Origin: Aciduliprofundum boonei T469
GTDB taxonomy: Archaea > Thermoplasmatota > Thermoplasmata > Thermoplasmatales > Aciduliprofundaceae
Direction: 5' to 3'
Length of the DNA: 32,000 nt
Assembly (NCBI RefSeq): GCF_000025665.1
Contig: NC_013926.1
Location: 1-32,000 of the forward strand
The notes beneath the pieces were generated by a model, which did no database searches, was not told the DNA's origin, and was given only the letters and a program-made list of their open reading frames with translations. Of the stretch, positions 7,923 to 19,109 are shown in pieces. The position numbers were made by a program, and so were the translations under genes. The first letter of the stretch is position 1, and each line of letters opens with the position of its first letter.

Positions 7923-9566
7923 ATGGCCATATCAAAAAAGGAGATTCCAACAAAACTAAAAATCGTGAATATGATGAGACCTATAATAAAAAGTGAAAAA
8001 TTAAAGGTTAAAACTCCCAAAAAACATACAGCTCATGGCAGCAACATCACTCCATTACCCGAAATAAAATCTCCAAGTATAAAGGAGATTGAGGTTGATC
8101 CAATAGAGGAGCCATACTCTTATGTTAGAATACTATTTGATGAGGTAACAAGTGAATACATCTATGAGGTGATTGAACCACCCATCACCGATGATGAGAA
8201 AAAGATTCTTGAAAATATAAAATCCAAATTAATTGAAGTGCTTGAATTAAAAGATTTTGAAAATGATGAGGAAAGAAAAGAGTATCTTATGGAAAAAACT
8301 GAGGAAATAATAGAAGAAATGAATACCCCTGTTGACTCCGTGGTTCTTGATAGGCTAAAATACTATGTTTATAGGGATTTCCTTGGATATGGACTGGTCC
8401 AAGTCCCAATGCATGATAGTGAAGTGGAAGACATATCCTGTGATGGTGTGAATATACCAATTTATATCTATCACAGAATGTACGGCTCTATCAGATCAAA
8501 TCTGAAATTTCAAAAAGAGGATGAATTGGACAATTATGTGATATGGATAGTCCAAAAATCAGGAAGACATATATCCATATCAAACCCGATGGTAGATGCC
8601 TCTCTACCAGATGGCTCCAGGTTGCAGGCAACCTTAGGAAAGCATGTCACAAAGAGAGGCTCCTCTTTTACAATAAGAAGATTCAAACCAAATCCATTCA
8701 CTCCCATTGACCTCATAAGATTTAAAACGATGAGTAGGGAAATGATGGCCTACATATGGCTTGCAGTAGAGAACGGGATGAGTATAATTGTATGTGGAGG
8801 CACAGCCAGCGGAAAAACCACCACCCTAAATGCCATTCTTCTTTTCATTCCTCCCAATATGAAAATAGCAAGTATAGAAGATACAAGAGAGTTAAATTTA
8901 CCTCATGAAAACTGGATTCCATCACTAACTAGAGAGGGGTTGGGAGAACCTAATCCGGTAACGGGTAAAAGACCCGGAGAGATAGATATGTTCGATTTGC
9001 TCAAAGCCGCACTTAGGCAGAGACCCCAATACATAATGGTAGGAGAGGTTAGGGGTCCAGAAGCATACACAGTATTCCAAGCTATGGCAACAGGGAAGAC
9101 ATGCTATACGACATTCCATGCTGATGATGTTAAATCAATGGTTCATAGATTTGAGAACGCACCCATAAATTTACCCAGAGCTTTGATAACTGCACTAGAT
9201 ATCGTAATTCTACAAGCTCAAGTGAAAGTAGGCACTGCAATGACCAGGAGAGTTAAATCAATAACCGAAATAGTTGGACTAGACCCAGAAACAAACGAAA
9301 TAATAACAAATAATGCCTATACATGGAATCCTGCAGATGATACCTTTAATTACAGCGGACATAGTTATATTTACGAGAAAATCTCTGCCATAAAAGGGTG
9401 GAGTCAGAGGAGAATGGAGTTGGAAGTTAAGAGAAGAGAGAGAATTTTAGAGTATATGGAAAAACTTGGAGTTAGATATTACAGAGATGTTGCAAGGATT
9501 GTAGCTGCATATTACAAAAAACCAGAAGAAGTATTAAAAAGAGTAGAAGAAGTATTATCCAGCTAA
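7923..9566 (+). CDS. Second FlaI/EpdL/TadA-like ATPase (ATPase-2), paralogue of 4411-6048
   Basis: 547-aa ORF. SD GAGGTGAT (7911-7918). FlaI-like N-domain (YIYEVIEPPITDDE), Walker A GGTASGKTT, SIEDTRELNLP, IMVGEVRG. The His box reads ATGKTCYTTFHA, with Lys where ATPase-1 has His. Confidence 0.9.
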   Translation: MAISKKEIPTKLKIVNMMRPIIKSEKLKVKTPKKHTAHGSNITPLPEIKSPSIKEIEVDPIEEPYSYVRILFDEVTSEYIYEVIEPPITDDEKKILENIKSKLIEVLELKDFENDEERKEYLMEKTEEIIEEMNTPVDSVVLDRLKYYVYRDFLGYGLVQVPMHDSEVEDISCDGVNIPIYIYHRMYGSIRSNLKFQKEDELDNYVIWIVQKSGRHISISNPMVDASLPDGSRLQATLGKHVTKRGSSFTIRRFKPNPFTPIDLIRFKTMSREMMAYIWLAVENGMSIIVCGGTASGKTTTLNAILLFIPPNMKIASIEDTRELNLPHENWIPSLTREGLGEPNPVTGKRPGEIDMFDLLKAALRQRPQYIMVGEVRGPEAYTVFQAMATGKTCYTTFHADDVKSMVHRFENAPINLPRALITALDIVILQAQVKVGTAMTRRVKSITEIVGLDPETNEIITNNAYTWNPADDTFNYSGHSYIYEKISAIKGWSQRRMELEVKRRERILEYMEKLGVRYYRDVARIVAAYYKKPEEVLKRVEEVLSS

Positions 9567-9567
9567 T

Positions 9568-12500
9568 TTATTTCTTTTCCTCCTTCTTCACTGCTATAAC
9601 CTTCTTTATTAGCTTTTTCTTTATCACTGGCTTCTCTTCCTTCTTTTCTTCCTTCTTCTCCGAGACTTTTCCTTCTTTCTTTTCCTCTTTCTCCTTTCTC
9701 TTTGCCCATTCTTCCACAGTAACTACCCCTGGCCTCTGCAACCTTTCTAACTCTTCAGGAGGAATCGATGATTCTTTTGATTCTTTCTGCTCTTTCTTAC
9801 CTTCACCTTCTTCCTTCTTTTCCTTCTTCTCTTCCCCAGTTGGCAGAGGAGAGCCGCACACTCTGCAAATCTTAGCACCTTTTGGATTTAATGCACCGCA
9901 AACTGGGCATTTTACAGTATCTCCCTCTATCTTTTCTTCCTGCCTCTTGACCCATTCTAAAAACGATATGAATTCTGGATTGGTCTTCCACCACTTGTAG
10001 AACTCCTCTTCTGTATACTCCTCACCTATGTATTTCTTCGCTTCATCTCTGTATTTACTTAAATATCTATCGTAATTTTCCTTTAGCTTTTCATACTTCT
10101 TGTATTCTGGATCCTCAGGAGGCATGAAGATAGTGCCGCAAACTGGACAGAATTTCGAGTCTTCATCAATCCAAGAGCCACATGTTGGACACTTTACTTT
10201 CTCCTTCTCAAACACAACACCGCAGTATGGACACTTCTCTGCATCAGCGGGCACAAGATGGCCGCAGTTGCCACAGACCATATATTCTGGTGCCTCTTTC
10301 TTGAAAGATATATAGCCGTACAAGAAGAATCCTACGATTGCGCCCACAACAACAATTATTATGATCCAAAGCCAAGGTATAGTATATGGTTTCTCTTGTA
10401 CCGTTATTGTGGTCTGAGGATTATACCTTGTCTCTGTGCCCTCATACGAGAGAGTTAACTGAGGAGTATAAGTACCTTTGGCAGGAACCTTTATGTGGAA
10501 GATTGCAAGACCATAGGCATTTGTCTTCTGCGTATAAGTTCCCAATCCCCCAGTAAGAGTGAGTTGCACAGTCACACCTTTCATATAAACAGTTTTGCCC
10601 TGAGATTGTGTTGCATTAAGATTTATTATCTTCACCACTACAACCAATGTATCTCCAGCGTATATTTTCTCATTGTGCTCAAGAGAATAACTTGTAAACA
10701 TCACTTTCATAGCAGGTAAGAGCACATTAATCTTCTTAACTCCGATATCATCTCCATATATGCTTTCCTCCACTGTCTTATTTGGATTTAACTTCACAAC
10801 TATATTATGTTCTCCTATTCCATTACTTGTGTAATTAAAAATAATGGCCTTATAACTACCCGGAGCCAAGGAGCTTACATTTCCTTTGTATATAACTTTC
10901 CCATTATCCAATACTATGTAATTCAACTTTCCAGGCATACCTCCCAGGTTTCTCGCAATAAAACCAATTTTTATTTTTACTCCTTCTGGAACACTGGACA
11001 CCTTTTTATTTCCTTCTGAAATTGTGAAATCAGTAAGAACAAAATTAACCTTCTCTTTTATTGTTATAGTAGGCGCAGTATGTATGTAAAGGGCATCTTC
11101 CGTAACATCCGATGTAATGTTTAATTGGTAATCTATTTGTATAGACGTTCTACCTTGCAGATATTTCTGATAAAGAGACTTTGGTATAACAAATCCTATT
11201 ACAATTGGAGTGTTTATCTCCACCTTTATTGGATTATGTGGAGTGATGGGGGCAAGCTCAATATTCCACTGGGGTATATAGAGAACCATAGTGACATTAG
11301 CATCAACATTACTATTTAATGTCGCATTAACAATTATATTAGTTCCATTTACATACTCGTTTTGCGCATTTATTTGCACACTGAATGGCTCTGCATACAC
11401 CATAAAATACTCACTCATAATATTATTCGAAGAGTTATAGTCCCCAGAAGCTACAACTTTAACAATCACTTCATATGAACCATCTGTATCTGGCACCATA
11501 GATATGGAGTATGCGGAGATCGATGTAGAGTATTGTATAGTCTTATTTATAAGCAATGTGCCATAGGGATCATATACATTGATATAAACCATGGCAGATG
11601 TTGGCTCTTCTTTACCAAGATTTATCACATTTGCAGCAATCTTCACTGTTTCCCCTACATATAGGGATTGTGGAGAGATATTTAAAGAATTAACCGCTAG
11701 ATTCACATCTTTTTCAACATTAACATAGTGAGACCCAAGATAAAGATTGTTGTTTGCTATATACAAAAGGAGAGTATGAGAACCTACAGAAATGTTCTTA
11801 TTGATATACCACTGGAAAGATATGTAATTATAACCCTCTTTCAAATCTAAGATTGTACTATTTATGATGTTAGAAGTATTATCCAGGTAGAGATTTATTT
11901 TAATGTTATTCCAAGAATAAACGCTATACACTGTTAAGTTAACCCAAATTTTGTGATATCTTAAAGGAGTTCCAACCTGCCAATTACTTGTTCCAATACT
12001 ACCGACATTGATATCTCTATAAATTCTATTGTTTGCTAAGTTGTAATCCCATACCTGTACCACCTGCTCGCTTATGTTATATACTCCATTTGTGCCAAGC
12101 CAACTTCCACCTATCTTATATGTAAAATCTTTTTTACCTTTGCCATTTATATTTCCTAAATCATAAACATTATACAGATTCCCATTGATATATACATACA
12201 ATTTTACATCGTTTGCTAAGTCTTTTCCTAGGTTCTCTACTTGTGTTTTAATCACTATCTCTTTACCTGGTACATAGGGTTGAGCACTTACCACCTCCTC
12301 ATAATTAATATGCATATCTATATCTTTATATCTCGAAAGGGCCACATTAACATTTAGAGTATTATTGCTAGGTAAAAGCCACGGATAGTAGCTAAGTCCT
12401 ATCTGCAAGGTTGAAAATACTTTGGTACTATTTTCGACAGAAAGAGCATAGATACCTAAATACTTACTATTTGGCATCTCGCTCGCATTGATTATATCAG

Positions 12501-14079
12501 AGAGCAAAGGTAGAGTTACATTCCCGTTTACTGTTGTATCATACACATACCCATTAGAAATCTGAACATCACCTAACTTCATACCTGGTATTAAGCGTGT
12601 ATATTGCACATAACTTGAAATAATACCTAATATCTGAGAGGCAATGCTTGGATTACTATTTACATCTACGGGATTTGGTTTTGCTTTAACTGTCAGTCCA
12701 TTAATAGGTATTCCACGGAATTGAACATTTACATGTGTGTATCTCAAAATGTATACTTGGGAGTATGAATCTCTAATCAAAAATGCGGTATCATATCTAG
12801 GTTGTGTTCCTGTATCATTTACCGTTAAATTCAAGGCATATATTTTTGAATTATCATTAACAAAAAATGTGTTATGAGTAGTTCCAAGATTCTCCCTTGA
12901 TTGATAGTTTACATCCACATACACATCTCTCATATAGAGGGTTGAACCTATAGAATTGAAAGAGAATTTATTTACCCCATATTTCAGCAGATTCGCTTCG
13001 ATATAAATGTTAATATAAACTTTTGAGATAGTTAAAGTACCATTAGTTGTATTTGTAGCATATAACTTTATATCTCCATTCAAGAGTTTTTGATAAAATT
13101 GGTTAGGTGTCATCTCATACGGATAAAAAGGAACATTTTCCTTAATCATTCCTGTTCCCTTTGTTCCTGGAAACGATATATTGAGTAACTGCGTTCCATT
13201 ATAGACCATTATAAAATTGGATGATGAAGGATCATAATCACTGGTATTAGAATAAACTATTCCCACTTCAATGTCTTTAAGCATAACATAATTCCAATAA
13301 TCTGAATATTTATCAATAGGACTCTTCAAGAAATGATTAAATGTAACTCCAGAGGAGACAGTAACTGTATACCTATATGTATCATTCACATAACCTACAA
13401 GACCATTTCCCCCACTTTCGTTTGTAAACATATTTGTAAACCTAGTATTCATAATGTACGCAAGAGAGTTGTAAAAATAAGGTGTTGGGCCATAGTTGGG
13501 AGGGGCAGGATAATCTGCAGGATTCTTTACCATTTTTCCAAAAATCGTGTTTTCGATAATTACATTACCATGCTTGTCAGTAACATTGAACCATCCAGGA
13601 TACAAAAGTCTGCTATTTATTATCTCAACTTTGGCAGTACTGGGACCTTTTATGATAAAATTAAATGGATAATAGGGTTTTATAAGACCATGAGATATTG
13701 TAAAAGTAACATTATAAAAATACAAACCACCTTCTACAGTCAAAGAATATCTATGATCAATGTCCGAAAGAAAATAAAGAGTTACATTTTCAACAATCAG
13801 CTTTCCTGTAGGGGTTACTACCACATTAGCATCAAATCCATACCTTCCACCTCCGCCAACAGTTGTTCTATTTATCACAAATGTATTTGTAATATAAACT
13901 GTGTTTCCCGTAGTGGATCCAGTGGGAGAAGTTGCCATATTATTTATATTCCCCTCACCTACGACAGAGCTCTTAGAATTAGCACCATAGGCATTAGAAT
14001 TAGCCACCAGATAACCAAATCCCCCTAAAATCATCATCAATATAATCAAAATACTCATAAGCACTACCGATTTTTTCAT
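9568..14079 (-). CDS. Giant type I membrane/surface protein: signal peptide, beta-helix-like region, CARDB-like Ig modules, TM, then a cytoplasmic tail with three zinc ribbons and a K/E-rich end
   Basis: 1503-aa ORF with SD AAGGAGGTG (14086-14094, minus strand). N-terminal MKKSVVLMSILIILMMILGGFGYLVA. CARDB-like segments (VENLGKDLANDVKLYVYINGN, VINLGKEEPTSAMVYINVYD, ARNLGGMPGKLNYIVLDNGKVIY..NPNKTVEESIYGDD). TM WLWIIIIVVVGAIVGFFLYGYISF (nt 10303-10374). CxxC..CxxC pairs at about 10135-10278 and 9853-9912. The gene call is confident; the function is unknown. Confidence 0.85.
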   Translation of the reverse strand: MKKSVVLMSILIILMMILGGFGYLVANSNAYGANSKSSVVGEGNINNMATSPTGSTTGNTVYITNTFVINRTTVGGGGRYGFDANVVVTPTGKLIVENVTLYFLSDIDHRYSLTVEGGLYFYNVTFTISHGLIKPYYPFNFIIKGPSTAKVEIINSRLLYPGWFNVTDKHGNVIIENTIFGKMVKNPADYPAPPNYGPTPYFYNSLAYIMNTRFTNMFTNESGGNGLVGYVNDTYRYTVTVSSGVTFNHFLKSPIDKYSDYWNYVMLKDIEVGIVYSNTSDYDPSSSNFIMVYNGTQLLNISFPGTKGTGMIKENVPFYPYEMTPNQFYQKLLNGDIKLYATNTTNGTLTISKVYINIYIEANLLKYGVNKFSFNSIGSTLYMRDVYVDVNYQSRENLGTTHNTFFVNDNSKIYALNLTVNDTGTQPRYDTAFLIRDSYSQVYILRYTHVNVQFRGIPINGLTVKAKPNPVDVNSNPSIASQILGIISSYVQYTRLIPGMKLGDVQISNGYVYDTTVNGNVTLPLLSDIINASEMPNSKYLGIYALSVENSTKVFSTLQIGLSYYPWLLPSNNTLNVNVALSRYKDIDMHINYEEVVSAQPYVPGKEIVIKTQVENLGKDLANDVKLYVYINGNLYNVYDLGNINGKGKKDFTYKIGGSWLGTNGVYNISEQVVQVWDYNLANNRIYRDINVGSIGTSNWQVGTPLRYHKIWVNLTVYSVYSWNNIKINLYLDNTSNIINSTILDLKEGYNYISFQWYINKNISVGSHTLLLYIANNNLYLGSHYVNVEKDVNLAVNSLNISPQSLYVGETVKIAANVINLGKEEPTSAMVYINVYDPYGTLLINKTIQYSTSISAYSISMVPDTDGSYEVIVKVVASGDYNSSNNIMSEYFMVYAEPFSVQINAQNEYVNGTNIIVNATLNSNVDANVTMVLYIPQWNIELAPITPHNPIKVEINTPIVIGFVIPKSLYQKYLQGRTSIQIDYQLNITSDVTEDALYIHTAPTITIKEKVNFVLTDFTISEGNKKVSSVPEGVKIKIGFIARNLGGMPGKLNYIVLDNGKVIYKGNVSSLAPGSYKAIIFNYTSNGIGEHNIVVKLNPNKTVEESIYGDDIGVKKINVLLPAMKVMFTSYSLEHNEKIYAGDTLVVVVKIINLNATQSQGKTVYMKGVTVQLTLTGGLGTYTQKTNAYGLAIFHIKVPAKGTYTPQLTLSYEGTETRYNPQTTITVQEKPYTIPWLWIIIIVVVGAIVGFFLYGYISFKKEAPEYMVCGNCGHLVPADAEKCPYCGVVFEKEKVKCPTCGSWIDEDSKFCPVCGTIFMPPEDPEYKKYEKLKENYDRYLSKYRDEAKKYIGEEYTEEEFYKWWKTNPEFISFLEWVKRQEEKIEGDTVKCPVCGALNPKGAKICRVCGSPLPTGEEKKEKKEEGEGKKEQKESKESSIPPEELERLQRPGVVTVEEWAKRKEKEEKKEGKVSEKKEEKKEEKPVIKKKLIKKVIAVKKEEKK

Positions 14080-14131
14080 TTGCGCACCTCCTTAAACCCA
14101 GATAACATTGATTTAGTTATAGATACCAACC

Positions 14132-14139
14132 TATTTATA
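14132..14139 (-). promoter_or_regulatory. TATA-box candidate (tataaata on the minus strand) for the 1503-aa gene
   Basis: About 55 nt upstream of ATG 14079, compatible with a short SD-containing leader. Sequence and position only. Confidence 0.35.
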
Positions 14140-14197
14140 CCTTACCTTCTTGGTGCCTCCACTTTACTAAGGTGCTCCATATGCATCAAAAATAAAT

Positions 14198-14237
14198 CTT
14201 AAATACCCAAAAAATAGTAAGGCGTTAGCCTTAAATA
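14198..14237 (+). promoter_or_regulatory. Two tandem TATA-like boxes (cttaaata at 14198-14205 and 14230-14237), candidate 23S rRNA promoters
   Basis: An identical octamer repeated 32 nt apart in the AT-rich region 90-130 nt upstream of the processing stem. Tandem rRNA promoters are common in archaea. Confidence 0.4.
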
Positions 14238-14324
14238 TGAGTTCACTATACATCTCCTTGCGCTTTTGGTATGCACTCGATAACGCGGTTATCGGGGAAG
14301 GGCTTAGATCCTCAGGATCAATGA

Positions 14325-14351
14325 GGCCAATCATACGCACTCCGGCATAAT

Positions 14352-14366
<15 letters not shown>
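14325..14366 (+). other. 5' half of the pre-23S processing stem with bulge-helix-bulge (BHB) motif
   Basis: 14325-14343 is the perfect reverse complement of 17313-17331 (19 bp). 14352-14366 pairs with 17290-17304 (15 bp, one G-U). Between them, gcat (14345-14348) pairs with atgc (17305-17308), flanked by 3-nt bulges aat (14349-14351) and tac (17309-17311). Confidence 0.8.
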
Positions 14367-17289
<2,923 letters not shown>

Positions 17290-17304
<15 letters not shown>

Positions 17305-17331
17305 ATGCTACAGGAGTGCGTATGATTGGCC
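17290..17331 (+). other. 3' half of the pre-23S processing stem / BHB motif
   Basis: Complement of 14325-14366, as described for the 5' half. Confidence 0.8.
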
Positions 17332-17369
17332 ATTCAAAAATATTTTATTTGGCCTTTCATTCTTCATTT

Positions 17370-18362
17370 GTGCCCTATGTAATCAAGGTTAAGAAGGAAA
17401 ATGCGGAAAAAATGAGAAAATGGCTTTTTAAAAAAAAGATTTTGAGTGATGAATGGAAAATAGTACAGGAAGGAGATTATATTTATTTTCCACTAAGAGA
17501 GAAAATTGATGGCTCCGTATGGATCGATTTACCAAAGAGAGATAGAAAAAAATCCCCTTATGAGAGAATTGTTAATAAGATAGGCAAAGAGATTGAAATT
17601 CCAAACCATTGGGAGAAAATAGGCGATACTGTGATTCTTCAAGAATTCAAAGATTGGAAAAAATACGGGTATGAAGTGGGTAAGGCATTTGCCGAGGTGT
17701 TAAAAGCAAAAACCGTTGTGATATATCATGGAACTTATGGAGAATTTAGAGAGCCAAGAATTACAAAAATATTTGGAGAGAGCACAGAAACTATTCATAT
17801 TGAAAATGGAATTAAGTACAAACTGGATATTGCAAAAATAATGTTTTCATCAGGAAATGTAGATGAAAGAATAAGAATGGGAAAAATTGATGCAAGGGAC
17901 GAAATAATAGTGGACCTCTTTGCAGGTATCGGATACTTTACTTTACCCTTAGCAAAGTCCGGAAGAGCAAAAAAGATATATGCATGTGAGAAAAATCCAA
18001 TTGCATACAGATACCTTTTAGAAAATATAGAATTGAACCAACTTGAAAATATAATTCCACTATTTGGAGACAACAGAAACATCTCTCCATTAAAAATAGC
18101 CGACAGAGTTATTATGGGATATATCCACACCGAACCTTTTCTTGGCATAGGATTCAAAGCATTAAAAAAAGAAGGGGGAATAATACATTATCACAACACC
18201 ATAACAACAGAGGAGAGAGATTGGAAAATGGAGAATGAGTTAAAATTCTATGGAGAAAAGTATGGTTTTAAAATAAGTATTATATCCAAAAGGGTTGTTA
18301 AATCTTACGCACCCCATATCTGGCATGTTGTAATAGATGCAAGAGCCACTCCAAAAAATTAA
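17370..18362 (+). CDS. Trm5/Taw2-family (COG2520-type) SAM-dependent tRNA position-37 modification enzyme
   Basis: Class I MTase core VDLFAGIGYFTLPLA, then ACEKNP and ADRVIMGY..HYHNT, with an N-terminal domain like archaeal Trm5/Taw2 (PYVIKVKKENAEKMRKWL..GDYIYFPL). The ORF-track start 17259 lies inside the 23S gene. I prefer GTG 17370, about 25 nt after an AT-rich TATA-like stretch; ATG 17412 is the alternative. MGY instead of an NLP-type loop hints at Taw2 rather than Trm5, but I cannot decide. Confidence 0.8.
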   Translation: MPYVIKVKKENAEKMRKWLFKKKILSDEWKIVQEGDYIYFPLREKIDGSVWIDLPKRDRKKSPYERIVNKIGKEIEIPNHWEKIGDTVILQEFKDWKKYGYEVGKAFAEVLKAKTVVIYHGTYGEFREPRITKIFGESTETIHIENGIKYKLDIAKIMFSSGNVDERIRMGKIDARDEIIVDLFAGIGYFTLPLAKSGRAKKIYACEKNPIAYRYLLENIELNQLENIIPLFGDNRNISPLKIADRVIMGYIHTEPFLGIGFKALKKEGGIIHYHNTITTEERDWKMENELKFYGEKYGFKISIISKRVVKSYAPHIWHVVIDARATPKN

Positions 18363-18386
18363 GTAATGAAAAAGGCATAATGCCTT

Positions 18387-19109
18387 ATGGCCGATATACC
18401 ATTTTACATTGCTACCATTGTTGGATTCGTTCCATCATTCGCTCTCTTGTACATTTATTGGGGAAAGTTAGAAGGTTTATTCCATGAGAAAAAAATGTTT
18501 TGGAACTACTTTATAGGATGGATAATGGGGGTCATAATCGCTATATTTTTCCTCATCTCTAAATATTCTGTTGGAGGTTATTTAGATCTTTCCATAATAT
18601 TCGTAATATTTTTCGCCCTATTCACCGAGAGTTTCAAATTTATATACTTGAATTTTCCAAAAAAAAGAGGGAACTATGAACTTCCGTATTTCGGTTTTGC
18701 CCTGGGTCTAGGAATAAGTGCGATATGGGCTGTGGCTATCGTGTATCAATATTTAAAATACGAGCAACTAAACGAGATAAATTATGTCATCGCCATTGTG
18801 TCCCTATTTCTATTCTCAATGGGGCTATCAGCCATTCACGCATCGACAGGTGCCATTATAGGGTATGGGATATACAAAGGTGAAAAAGAGAGATTTTTGC
18901 TCAAAGCTTTTGCCCTCCAAATTATATTCAATTTCACATTACTGCCTTTAATATGGAACCTATATCCTCTTTATTATTTCTTCGGCATATTCATAGGCAT
19001 GCCTTATCTTTACTCTAAAGTTTATAAAGGAGTGTTGATTAATGTAATACCAAAGGAGGTTAAAAGAAAATGGCTAAAGGAAAGGAGAGAAAGAGGGGAA
19101 AGATTGTAG
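18387..19109 (+). CDS. Polytopic membrane protein (about 7 TM), unknown function; weak resemblance to PrsW-type intramembrane proteases
   Basis: 240-aa ORF made of hydrophobic helices with a basic C-terminal tail (KRKWLKERRERGERL). FTESFKF and SAIHASTGAIIGYG loosely recall PrsW EExxK / HxxxD motifs, but only partially. Confidence 0.55.
   Translation: MADIPFYIATIVGFVPSFALLYIYWGKLEGLFHEKKMFWNYFIGWIMGVIIAIFFLISKYSVGGYLDLSIIFVIFFALFTESFKFIYLNFPKKRGNYELPYFGFALGLGISAIWAVAIVYQYLKYEQLNEINYVIAIVSLFLFSMGLSAIHASTGAIIGYGIYKGEKERFLLKAFALQIIFNFTLLPLIWNLYPLYYFFGIFIGMPYLYSKVYKGVLINVIPKEVKRKWLKERRERGERL

Noticed and set aside
7576-7953. 125-aa minus-strand ORF across the platform-2 / ATPase-2 junction
   Set aside because: It is antisense to two tightly coupled, motif-supported genes and has no recognisable features. 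It is a shadow ORF.
13333-14028. 231-aa + strand ORF antisense to the giant surface-protein gene
   Set aside because: It is low-complexity (I/C/R/S-rich) with no motifs and lies fully inside a much longer, well-supported minus-strand CDS that has its own SD and signal peptide.
14080-14324. tRNA, 5S rRNA or box C/D sRNA in the 23S upstream spacer, and likewise in 17332-17369 downstream
   Set aside because: I could find no cloverleaf-compatible stems, no 5S-like GC-rich block and no C/D box pair (RUGAUGA...CUGA). The region is explained by divergent promoters and the rRNA leader.
17795-18157. 120-aa minus-strand ORF inside the Trm5/Taw2-family gene
   Set aside because: It is an antisense shadow ORF. 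The + strand frame carries the SAM-MTase motifs.
18387-19109. The polytopic membrane protein as the missing prepilin peptidase (FlaK/PibD/EppA) or archaeosortase
   Set aside because: It has no GxGD-type aspartyl motifs, and it contains no cysteine at all, whereas archaeosortases need a catalytic Cys. Only a weak PrsW-like resemblance remains.
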